Position numbers and translations under genes: made by a program. The notes beneath the pieces were generated by a model that saw only the letters and a list, made by a program, of their open reading frames with translations, was not told the origin of the DNA and did not search any database. 64,000 nt of DNA, taken from the NCBI GenBank assembly GCA_002104905.1, contig MCFE01000136.1, positions 93,825-157,824 of the forward strand, given 5' to 3'. Positions 12,531 through 24,313 of the stretch are shown here, one piece after another. The stretch comes from Basidiobolus meristosporus CBS 931.73 (Eukaryota; Fungi; Basidiobolomycota). Every line of letters starts with the position of its first letter. Positions within the stretch are counted from its first letter, which is position 1.

Positions 12531-13076
12531 AAAAATCACATGCCTGGTGCTCATTTGATTATCTACCAGTATTCTACTGATATTCTAATGGTATGTTACT
12601 GGCATTCAGCTGGTGTTTTTCAAGCTTGAGATTTTTCATAGGGTGTAGTGCCAGATAGTGCTGTGAATTTTGGTGTTGATGGGATAAACAGGGTCATATG
12701 CAGGTCAATTTTGATCCCAATTTGGCACTGTATGGTGCTATCTAGCACATTTCCATGGCGTCTTTTTATGGCATATTACTTTCAGGAGCAATTGACAACT
12801 TCGGGATTGCATTTAGATTTCACAGTAACAGGTGTACAAGTCCCAATGCATATTCTATTTGTATAATTGACTAAATCCTCAGGATCATATAATCATTATA
12901 TAGAAATCATCAAATCCGTGATGTCAGAATGAGTACATGTGTACATTCCTGGGATAAATAAACAGGCAATACTTAATCAGGAATGGTGGGCTGACTCATA
13001 ACCGCAGTGGTACTAATTGGCACATTATTTTCTGGGTTGCTCACTTGCACCTTTTCACATCACCGGTCTCTTTTGG

Positions 13077-14831
13077 ATGCCTGGTTCAACTCGATCTCTA
13101 TCTTCTTCGAACAGAGCACCTTCAATCACCGCACATTCTCCTACTACTCCTTTACTAAGCCAATCTATTGGCGGTAATACCTATGGATCTTCTGGAGTAG
13201 AGGTAAGAATCGAAATCTGCGACGACCAGCCGTTTGATCCGGACATTGTACCAGCCTATGTTGCTTTCAACGGCGAAGATGGGATTTTTGACTCCTCAAG
13301 TGCACTCTCTCAAGATGAGGTCTTTATCCCGCAAGATACAACTGGAGCTGCAGATGATGGCATTGATTATGACGCTCTGAAAGTATACTTGAAAGAAAAT
13401 AAAGCTATAGAGAACGACTTGGCCTCCTCCCCTTGTCGTCCAACGCTGATAACTAGGCGCGATACTCACAAGTCGCAAACCCAGTCCATTCTTAGCCAGG
13501 TACAACCTTTGCTGGTAGCAAAACACCCATCAACATCCTAATCAGCCAGAAAAAGGAGAATTTTTATAGGTTCATGTTTTATTCTGATAGCACCGGGGTG
13601 ATGTATTCCCGATCCTTCCATGAATTTGACACGGAAGATTGTAGTCTGCCGACTTTACTTGAGTCCCATTTCTGGATAGACGTATATAATCCTACGGACG
13701 ACGAATTAAAGGATTTGAGTAAAGTAAGTGCAAGTACACAAACTTCCATACAGGTGGCAAAGTCCTAGCTTCTAAACCCTTCCGTAGGTGTTTAGAATTC
13801 ATCCGCTCACAACGGAAGATATTCAAGGGGAGGAGACCCGTGAGAAATTCGAGGCCTTCACGAATTATTATTTTATATGCTATCGCACATTCGATCAAGA
13901 CCCGAACAGTCCTACCTACATGGAACCCATCAGTATATATAATGTGATTATGAAAGAGGGCATTCTTACGGTTAGTTCCTACATTATGTGTTACATCCAC
14001 CGAGTATCTGACACTCGAACAGTTTCACTTCCGCCCAACTCCACATATAAACAACGTCCTCCGCAGAATTCGCCACCTAAAGAATATCATCAAGGTGACG
14101 CCAGGTGAGTAGCGCTTGCTATCTCGGCACCGAACACCTCCCTAATCGCATTTGAGCAACAGATTGGATTAATTATGCTATAATCGATGATGTAACGGAT
14201 GCCTTTGGGCCACTGATCCAGAACATTGAATTCGAAGCTGACTCGATCGATGAGTTGGTTCTAATCTTGAAGGAAACCGAGCAAGCGGACATGCTGCGTC
14301 GCATTGGCTATGCTCGCAAGGTAGTCATGAGTCTGTTACGATTGTTGGGACCAAAAGCGGACGTCGTCAAGCGGCTCATGAAGCCGTCCAACGACTACAA
14401 TGCGTTTCCCAACCCCGTTGCGGACATTAGGCTCTACCTGGGAGATATTGAAGGTACGTTGAACATCTTTGCATCAAGAGCCGCACCCAGATGTTTATAT
14501 TCCCTGGACGACAGATCACATCCTCACCATGATCCAAAGCGCGAATCACTACGAAAAGATCCTATCCAGGTCCCATGCAAACTACTTAGCCCAGATCAAT
14601 ATAGAAATCACCCAGACAGCCAATCGCACCAATGATGTGATGGCCAAGATGACACTTCTTGCCTCAATGATTGTGCCAATGAACATTATCACTGGTTTGT
14701 GGGGAATGAACGTTAAAGTTCCCGGACAAGACGACCAGGAAAGCCTCAACTGGTTCTATGCTATTGTGTGTTTCATGTCTCTACTTGGCATCTTCTTGGT
14801 CTGGATGGCACGCAAGTTGAGACTGATTTAA
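13077..14831 (+). CDS. CorA-family magnesium transporter (Alr1/Mnr2-like), multi-exon
   Basis: Spliced exons give FWIDVYNPT...VFRIHPLTTEDIQ, WINYAIIDDVTDAFGP, LRRIGYARK and HYEKILSRSHANYLAQI. The GLWGMNVKVPG (GMN) motif lies between two C-terminal TM helices. GT-AG introns. Confidence 0.92.
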
Positions 14832-16044
14832 GCTGGAAGCCCACCGCCAAATGGCCCATTACTCTCCCCTAACAAACCTATCTATGCCGTCGCCCTCTGT
14901 AATAGTCAAGCCAGGTTACAAAGGCTGCAGATACCGAATGATCATGATGGTTCTTGTAAAGTAGAAAATGTAATATGACTTGCATGAAGAGTAAAGCTAC
15001 CCAACCCAGGCTATCCATGGCGGACAAAGATTGATCTTGATCTTCATTAGGGTCCAGTGCCTGACCACTTGGTACACAACGGAATAATTGAAATAAGCTT
15101 CGTCACACCATCGGTTGCCGGGAAACATTCGACTTTACCATAGGTGTGAAAGGGCTTTCACCTGAGAACGAACTCGCTAGTTGCGGTCATGTGAATGTTT
15201 CTGCAACCGTAGCTGCATTTTTCAGGGTCAAGTGAACCTGTACCCATTCGCCATCACATGCAAAATCACATGAATTCATATCGTGAAGTAGGACATGCGT
15301 ATAATTTAGTCACAGCAGATATAATTGGCACACCATTGATCAGTTGGAGATAATCAGCAACTGGTAGACTGGGAAACGAGGACGGCCCACCACCAAATTA
15401 AACTCTGCACTACAAACCACAGTCTTAGGGATAGTCTAGACATCCGTGGTATGGAGCCACGACCCAGATATGGTACGAGTATATTAATGAACGTGTGACT
15501 CTAAACCACAGTTCGATGAAAAGCAAGCACTCTACGACTCACGTTGGAAGGCTCGATTCTGAATGGCTAGCCCGATATACTTAGCGCTGACTCTCCTCAG
15601 CATATGCTTGACACGAATAAGCCTCACTGGAGGTGTCGATTCACATGAATAGCATCGCATGCAATTTCAGGCTGCTTTGTTGCTACGGTCAGCCGGTTGT
15701 ACACGGTTACAGCATTGCTGCCTTCCGCTCAGGGATTCGAGCAAATGGCTGATAATAAACATATCATCGATCTTGATTCATATGACCTCCTGTGATATCT
15801 TGGATTGTACCCGCTATTTGATCGTTGATCATGGAAACTCCAACTCTCACATGTCAGCACCGGAAGTAGGGATCGCCACCTCCAGAAAGGCCGCCATTGA
15901 TTCGCTATGTTCGAGGGGATGCATTTATATGTCATCATCCTTTTTACCAATCAGTGTGACAGGTCGTTACTCTGCCTCATGGCAGATACGATTTCTTTGT
16001 CATCTGAAATCCGATCTGCCAATTCCTGACCAGCCCAAGATGCG

Positions 16045-16050
16045 TATAAA
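16045..16050 (+). promoter_or_regulatory. Candidate TATA box of the acyl-CoA oxidase gene
   Basis: TATAAA 95 bp upstream of the ATG at 16140. Confidence 0.45.
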
Positions 16051-16139
16051 GCTTCTCGCCAACATGGAGTTCGCTCAAGTCAGCTAGTGGTCTTGTCTTC
16101 ATTTCATCGGACCGATTCAACCTAATTTCCCATCTGATT

Positions 16140-18396
16140 ATGGCACCAAATACCGAGAGACGCATTGCTTCAGTTAAATCCCACCTTGAGTCCAAGAAGC
16201 TAGAAAGAACTCAACCTATGCAAACACCTAGGTGGGTTTTACCTTCTTAGACCGATAATCCCATGTATCGTTAAATTAACCTGATCGCTGTAGCCCCACT
16301 GAATCCTTGGCTGCCGAAAGAGCCAATCCTTCCTTCCCCATCCGTGAACTGACCTACTATTTGGATGGTGGTGAAGAAGATACAAAGGTAAGTATGGTCC
16401 ATAGTTCCACAAACCGCCCGGCACTAACACCGCCTCCCCCCACACCTAGATGAATGAGAAATTCATGTTCGAGCTGGAGAGAGACCCACTATGGCGCATG
16501 GACGATCATTACAACCTCACTCTTCCCCAAGTCAGAGAAAGAACTTTGGCCAAACTTAGAAACGTGCTTCACTGTCTTGCTAACGAATCCCCTGAGGTAT
16601 TCCACAAACGCCTTGTATTGATGGGCTTAGTGGACCCTGCCTTCTATACCAGACTTGGTGTCCACAGCGGCCTGTTCTTTGGTACCATCCAAGGGCAAGC
16701 TACACCAGCTCAATTCGAGTACTGGGTCAAAAAGGGTGCAATGGCTTTGAATGGAATCACCGGCTGCTTTGCCATGACCGAACTTGGCCACGGATCTAAC
16801 GTGGCAGGGTTGGAAACCACCGCCACATTTGATGAGGCTACTGATGAATTCATTATTCACACTCCTACAGTCACCGCTACCAAATGGTGGATCGGTGGTG
16901 CAGCCCACACCGCCACCCATACCACCGCGTTCGCCCAATTGATTGTTAAGGGCAAAAACTACGGCGTTAAGCCCTTCGTGGTTCAACTTCGTGACCCAAA
17001 CACTTTCAACCTGCTGCCTGGTATCAACATTGGTGATATTGGCAAGAAGATGGGACGTGATGGTATCGACAACGGTTGGATTCAATTCACATACGTGCGC
17101 ATTCCTCGCCAGAACATGCTTATGAAGTTTGCGCAAGTCACCCGTACCGGTGAAGTTATCCAACCTCCTCTTGCCCAGCTCGCCTACGGTGCCCTTATCG
17201 GCGGTCGCGTGACTATGATTCGTGATAGTGCGAATTACGCCAAGAAGGCACTCACCATTGCCCTTCGCTATGCTGCTGTACGTCGCCAATTCTCCTCCAA
17301 CCCTAAGCAACCCGAGACGAAGATCTTGGATTATGTAATCCACCAAAATCGATTACTGCCTCTCCTCGCCGAGTCCATCGCTGTCAACTTCACTAGCATG
17401 GAGGTCCTCAAACTATACAACGAACTTATGCATAAACTACAGAACTCCCGCCCCGATCAAGATTTGACCGAAACCATCGAGCTTCTCAAAGAAACCCACG
17501 CCACTACTGCAGGTCTTAAGGCTTTCTGTACCTGGAACTGTTTGAACGCCATCGAGCAATGCCGTCAAGCGTGCGGTGGTCATGGATACTCTGGCTACAC
17601 TGGACTCGCTTCCATGTATTCCGACTTTGCCGTTCAATGCACCTGGGAAGGAGACAACACTATATTGACACTTCAAACTGGCCGCTCGCTTATCAGCAAT
17701 TACCTAAACATCAAGCGAGGCAGAAATGTCTCCAAAGGATTCCATTACCTCAAGAAGGCTGAGCAACTGAGCACTCTGCGTTGCCCTGGAGATGATGTCG
17801 CGTCCATTGCCAACCTCGAGACCATTTCGGAGGCGTGGAGTGTTGTTGCTGCCAATGCAGTCAAGACATCTGCTGAGATCTATGAGGCCGCTAAGGCCAA
17901 GGGTATTAGCAAGGATGCGGCCCTAGAGAACTGTGCTGTTGAGCGTCTCCATGCTGCCCGCATGCACAGCTACGGCTACATTTTCAACAAGTTTGCCGAT
18001 GCCGTTCGTCAAGCACCCGAGAGCATTCGCCCTGTGCTCACCAACCTTTGCCTACTTTACGGACTCAACACCATCAAAGAAAACGCTGGGGAATTCCTTG
18101 GTTGCCAATACTTCACTGCTGCACACTTATCCATCATCCGTGAGCAAGTCAACCACCTGTGTTTGGTGATCCGCCAGGACGCAATCCCATTGGTTGATTC
18201 ATTCAACTATTCAGACTACATCATCAACTCACCACTCGGTAGATATGATGGTAACATCTATGAAGCCTACTTCAACTTGGTCAAAGCCAATAACCCACAA
18301 GAGCCAGTGCCTTACTTCGAATCCGTCATTCGCCCCATTCTGACCGCAAACTACAGCCAAACCGAAATCCCCGATCTTGAGATCGATCAGGAGTAG
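16140..18396 (+). CDS. POX1: Peroxisomal acyl-CoA oxidase (two short 5' exons plus long exon 16450-18396) with N-terminal PTS2
   Basis: Motifs GCFAMTELGHGSNVAGLETTA, KWWIGG, GDIGKKMGRDGIDNG, CRQACGGHGY, TWEGDNTIL and LGRYDGNIYE. Exon 2 reads ERANPSFPIRELTYYLDGG. Exon 1 reads MAPNTERRIASVKSHL. Confidence 0.95.
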
Positions 18397-18807
18397 ACGT
18401 ACACATTAATCCCGACCGGACTGATATTAATATATTACCATACACTCACACTACATAGCACCCATGTCCGAGTACTAAGGGTGCACGCACTTCAGTCTCA
18501 CACCCATTATTGTCATTAAAATTCATCATCATCACATAAACATCTTAACGGGGGGTTAGGAGTATCACACATGGGCCTCATTCACGCACCGGCTGGATCC
18601 GGCCAGCGGAATGTCACAGCGTTAGGACTGACGTATTTATTGACTAAAGGAGACGAATTGATGCGGTATATAAACAAGCTGGAAATAGAATCGGGGATTG
18701 CTTCAAGCGACTTGATACTTTCCAAATGCACGGAAATGGAAATGGAAATGGTCTGATATGTTGGTGGTAGGAATCAAGGTAATCAGGGACACGCCTCGCC
18801 GGCAGGT

Positions 18808-18990
18808 TCATATCAGCATCCAGACTACAAGTATAGTAATTGCTGATAAGACCATCGATATGGTAGATGGCGAGGATCCAGGGGATTTGTGGCTGTCGTT
18901 GTCGTCAGTGATCTGGGCCGCGAGGGTCAGGGTCAATGTCAAGTACACAAGGAAGACGATCTGATAAAAACGCTGAAGATTCAGGGCCAT
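18808..18990 (-). CDS. Candidate 60-aa secreted, GPI-anchored micropeptide
   Basis: MALNLQRFYQIVFLVYLTLTLTLAA (signal-like), QITDDNDSHKSPGS (polar), SPSTISMVLSAITILVVWMLI (hydrophobic tail). TATATAAA at 19082-19089 on the same strand. Confidence 0.55.
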   Translation of the reverse strand: MALNLQRFYQIVFLVYLTLTLTLAAQITDDNDSHKSPGSSPSTISMVLSAITILVVWMLI

Positions 18991-20135
18991 ATTCGTCGAA
19001 GAGGTTTGGTGAATGATCAAGCAGACCTATATCGCACATTCTGTGAGAGGCCTCATTGCCAACTCCTGGTCCATCTAGCGCTTTATATAGAGTAGGTGCC
19101 GATGAAACTCTGATGACAACTATGGCTCAACAATCACATTATATCGGCAGGTGTTGACTGGTGTTGTACAGCTGAGATGGTAGTATGGAGAATAGCTTAG
19201 TTTCAGATCCTCTTCAGAGCTGCGTAGCCATAGGACAATCACCGATCCAAACACTGGCTAGCTTGATATATGGCCAGTCAATCTCACCCAGAGTCACTGA
19301 TGGTTGATTGGGTGTGGGGTGCTGAGAAACCCTATTGGCATCGAAGTCTAAGAATATGAACACTCATTCATCATTGTAAGTGCAACATATGCAATTACAA
19401 GACTGTCCTGCGTATTCCTGATAGGTAATACCCCAAAAGTAGGGACCTCTTCATTTGTTTCAATTGTCAATCTCACTGATACCCGTGTTCCGAAGGGCAC
19501 ACCAAACGGCTCAACTCATCTCCACATCACTCATCTTTTTTTGCAGAACTTAGGTTGGAGTAGTCTTACCACCCCTGACTCTACAGAATTTTGTTTGTCA
19601 GGCATTCAAACTAGCCGCACTCTCCCAACAACTGTGAAGTTCCCAATGATGGAAGGTGGACAACGTGGATCCATCATACCGACATTGTATGGGCACTATT
19701 GCAGTACGACTGCCACCACCTGAGAAGTGGACCGATGTGTGCGGAGATCATTGAAACAGTGTTCTGATTATTATCACTATATTGTATCGATTTTGGAAGC
19801 CAATTGCTGGAACACTTAAAAACTAGCTAGACCCAGTAGAGCCAGCCCAATGAGCACCTATTCTACATCCATCCTGGCTCAGACATATATCAGGCATATA
19901 TCAGTCGCAGCAGTAATGGTCAGAAACCCATAAAGGTTTGGAGAAATCTTTCAACCTGAATCATACATCAGCTAATTAGATATAGCGATAATCAACATAT
20001 ACACTGTCTACATTAACTATGCTCTGCATGGGATCCCCATGTTAGATAAGTATACTTGGCATGGTAATGCTTGGTATATTGAACTATATACATAAGGTAT
20101 GGATGTTGGAAGAGTAGCAATAACGAACCAATCGA

Positions 20136-20849
20136 TCATGAAAAACCAAGCTCAAAGCCGTTCAGGCAAGTCGTTGAAAGGCCAAGGTCGAACGTATCAA
20201 AAGCCTCCAAGACTCGTTTGCAATTCTCCTCCACGCGATAGTGCCTCTGGCGACTATCCACACGTGCGAATCCTTTGCTGCATACAATGCAGTGGTATGG
20301 CTTATCTCCGGTGTGTAAACGTACATGTCGCTGTAGATCGTGTTTTCGGGTAAACGCTCGTTCGCAATGCTCGCACTGGAAAGGCCTGGAAGTCGGTGCC
20401 GAAAGTGCCCTCTTTATTGATTGACGATTGGCGCTTTTGGAACTCTTTCTGATCGAGGCTTTTTTGTTTGGGAACAACTTCTTGGCCTGCCCAAGGGGTT
20501 GAGTCATTTGGTGGGGTGTGTAGTACTCGGGTGCAAGCGTAGGGAAGCGTGAGGAGAGATCAAGTCCGTCTGGCTGTAGACTGAACACTGAGTTCATAGC
20601 TAAGTTCAATGAACTGAATTGTGAGGGAAAGCTGCCCTGAATCAGCTCAGGAACAGCGGAAGCCGTAGGCACCATCAAATCATCTAGGTGGATAGATGAT
20701 AGAGGTATACGCTCCTCGGCAACGGAGAACGCTCGCTGTTGCCCAGAGTGTTGTTGTAGAACTCCACCGTACAAGTGTGTGTAGTTTAGGTCCGTAACCC
20801 ACGGGGAGTTAGGCAAAAAGCAGTGCAAACTTTCGGTTGGCAGATTCAT
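20136..20849 (-). CDS. Intronless two-finger C2H2 transcription factor (paralog 1)
   Basis: [45 protein letters not shown]. The ATG at 20849 is preferred because a TATA-like element lies at 20907-20914. Confidence 0.88.
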   Translation of the reverse strand: MNLPTESLHCFLPNSPWVTDLNYTHLYGGVLQQHSGQQRAFSVAEERIPLSSIHLDDLMVPTASAVPELIQGSFPSQFSSLNLAMNSVFSLQPDGLDLSSRFPTLAPEYYTPHQMTQPLGQAKKLFPNKKASIRKSSKSANRQSIKRALSAPTSRPFQCEHCERAFTRKHDLQRHVRLHTGDKPYHCIVCSKGFARVDSRQRHYRVEENCKRVLEAFDTFDLGLSTTCLNGFELGFS

Positions 20850-22109
20850 TGTAAATAACAAAGCCAAGAATTTCAAAGACAGATCTTCTCTAAGCACGTC
20901 GGGTTGTTTATAAAGCCTCCTCGGGTGAAACAGGCAGCGGTTGGTATATATTAAATTAGGAACACATAGCGTCATATGGTTGTAGCGATAAACACCTTTC
21001 GTTTTCATAAAGCGTATATTCACTCCGATATTGAACCTAAATAGGACATAAATTAATGATCACCTCTATCGCAAATTATCTGTAAGAAGACCACAAAATA
21101 AAGCGGTCACTGCAACTCAGTTGAAATGAATTCCACAGCGATTGGTGGAAACGATAACCATCAAGAAGCACGCACAAAACACTAAACCAAACATGATTAA
21201 CGTTCGAGTGCTCACCAATCGATGGACCCTTGAAGCCATATTCACTTCTAAGGTGCACCATATTCAATACAAATTGACGATCACCAGTGGTCGATTAGCG
21301 ATCGTTATCAAAGCTATATTAAATTTGCTACTCACGTCATCCAAGGTTGAAATGAACTCCTCTCCATGAAGGTACCGCAAGTATCACACTAAATCGCGGC
21401 ACACCACATCACGGGTTCAGGTATAGAACATTCGGTTGGAGCGTGAAGATCTCTCGTCTCAACCACCAGCACATATCACGATGAAATCTAGTCATCCTGC
21501 CATCAAGCACCTGGCTCATTGCATTAACCTCGGGCAGACAACGGTATTTCTGTTAATTAGTGAAGTTCCACATTACTCGAAACACACCGAAACCACGACC
21601 TATATCCGATGAGGTGAGCATTTGCTAACAATTACCCTCGTTGGCATTGGGTTACGCTTCACGTCCCTCAGAAGCGACATTGAAGATTAATTGGTACCTG
21701 AAACCCGTCCATGTACCGAGGATCTAGAGGCGGTTGACTGTACACCTTGTGGCTCTTCAGCACATTTGGACGAACGTTACGCGGGGAAGCAACAGGGCAT
21801 TGGGTTCAAGGAGGTGCACTGGATTGAATTTGCATGGGGCACTGCTAGTCAATGGTATGAAGTAAATGTATCTAGATCACCACATCAGACCTCCAAAATT
21901 AAATCAGCTACCAGCTCCTCCTATCAACTGCTCTTCAACTGAGATATCAGTGAGCAGGCAAGCTCCGATATGCAATGAAGAGCCCCTTGTGATACGCTTG
22001 TATCACCATCGGTCACCGGCATTACAGATCTGCTGACATAATTTCACAATCTGAGAGCAATATTACTGTGTGATGAGTGCGCGGTTCACTTGGGCTTGGC
22101 CTCCGCTAA

Positions 22110-22841
22110 TTGACAAATGGTTTCATCAATTTGTTGACACCACGTCTACCTCGAGAAACGATGGGTACGACACGCCAGCCTATGAAGGAAAAGGTAAGCT
22201 CATCACAGAAGTCGACCCTAACCTACATGGACTACCGTCACTCGACCCAAAGGCGGATGTTACGGAATAAAACTCGGGTTTCGAAAATTCCGCTGTGGAG
22301 CAAGTGTGGAGAGATGATGTACAGCCGATCAGTATCACAGCATGGTGAGAATTTGTGGGCTATGAACAAGCCCCACGATAATAGTGCAACATTGTGGAGT
22401 ACAATGAGTACTCGACGTGTTCTAGAAACAACCGTAAAATCCAGTAGCCACATGAAACACCAACGTTGCATCATCCAATTTGGGACTTGGGATATCATCA
22501 CTTCCAAAACGCTGTGCTCCGCGTAAGCAGAGTTGCAGCGGCAACTTGGTTGCGAATTTCGGTTACGGATTCTGCTATATAATACCGCGAATGGATTTAT
22601 TATCGGTGATTCTGTCAATTTCGTAAAAGTCAATAGACACAATTGGCATTTTCAATCAGAGGTAAGTCAAGGTGATTGGATGCGTATCGGGTATGGAGCC
22701 AACCAGGTGGCCCCTAGAGCAGCCAATCTTGATGAGGATCTGAAGGTCAGGGACCCTGAGATGGAGATACGAGGTATTCCCTTATTCACCAAACATCAAG
22801 CTCGATATATCTTCGGTCTCTTCGAAGGCTTGGCATTGTAA
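22110..22841 (+). pseudogene. Long reading frame broken by one in-frame TAA; product unknown
   Basis: ORFs 22110-22526 and 22533-22841 are in the same frame, separated only by the TAA at 22524-22526. No recognised domain. Confidence 0.3.
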
Positions 22842-24313
22842 AAGACGGCCATGCAGTTTGGTTTACAGTGCAGAAGGCTAGCTTGTATCATGTCATCACC
22901 GCAATGATCTGCCTGTACCAACAGGTTTGTAGAAACAACTCATTAATACCAGATCACCCAAGGATCATCGCGCCTAATATCAGTTATTGACCAACACCAA
23001 CTGAGATCCGACCGCTTGAAGTATTATTTGTTGTAGCCTAAGCCTTTTGGAGGTGGTATGGAGTTACCCCAGCTCACCAAGATGCACCATTGTGCAGCCG
23101 ATTACCCCCACTATACTGGCGTCGTTGCTCAAAGGAATAGAGGGACCAACGGTCGAAAGGGCTCACTTCCACTTCCATATGTACCAAGACACTGCCCCTT
23201 CTGCATGCACTACTAAAAGAATCCACACATTCATTGATTAGTGTAGAGTGATCCATCATGCAATGAACGCCAAACAGTTCCTTGGACGTGACCAATTATA
23301 TCTTAACAGGGAATATCTCCATTGCTTCCCACGAAAAAGGCGAAGGGAATTCCCGGTCTGTGATTGGGCAGGCGGCATTGTTAGTAAATTTGGGCTCATT
23401 ACAAAACCAATCCTTATGAACAAACTCGCGATTCTTGAAGACGTAAGCATTCATGGCTTTGATAAAGCCCCATTACCATAATCGCTATACTGCTCTCCCA
23501 CACCCTTTATGCCACGAAGTAGCGGATTCTCGAAGCTCCCATCCCCATCTGCATCCGCATCTCAATCCTAATCCCAATCTCAACCCCAACCCCAGTAATG
23601 CTGAGCTCCAATTCCTCTGGCATATCTCTACCCTGTTATGAGTTTGCTGGTTTCAAATGGACGTTGCCGATGTCTGTATCGAGTTGAAAATAACAGGGTC
23701 TTGGATCATTCCACGTGTTTTCCGAAATTTCAATAAATCATCATTTTGACTTGAATCTGAAGTTATATTACTGTATTCATTGATCATCAATATAAAAAAT
23801 TATCGATGATCGTTGGTCCAGGCATTATCTGGCCTTTAATTATCAGAGTATTCTTCCTTTGAACTCTGTTCTCTCTATTCTTGCTTTACCCTTCTTAATT
23901 TCCAAGCTTCTTTCTCTTCGAGTATTGACTCAATTATTGGTGCTTTTTTGACTTGTCGTGTTTCATTGGTATGTCTGATCTATATATTTCGTGGCTTACT
24001 TACTGCCTCAACACTTGAGTCTCGTGTTTGTTCTTCTCGAGATCTCAGGTCCCTTTGTTACCCCTTCGCTTGAACTCACCAGGATTTAACTCCAAAGTCT
24101 TCTACTTAAAGGTTTCTGCCGCGTAAGATATGCCAAAATCGCCAACTCCCGATCCCCTTCGGGGGTTATCAACATCACCGCGCCTTTCTTCACCAACAGG
24201 AATGCCCGAGAGACTGCTTTCCAAAAGGTGATTTTGGAGCATCTATGCTCGTGATATATCGTGGATTCGGACATATCTGCTAACCTCTCTTGACTCCACG
24301 TATTTGCAGAACT

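Noticed and set aside
16627-17346. 239-aa antisense ORF, and similar antisense or overlapping ORFs over the PUF, TFIIF and trihelix genes
   Set aside because: Shadow frames of well-supported coding sequence.
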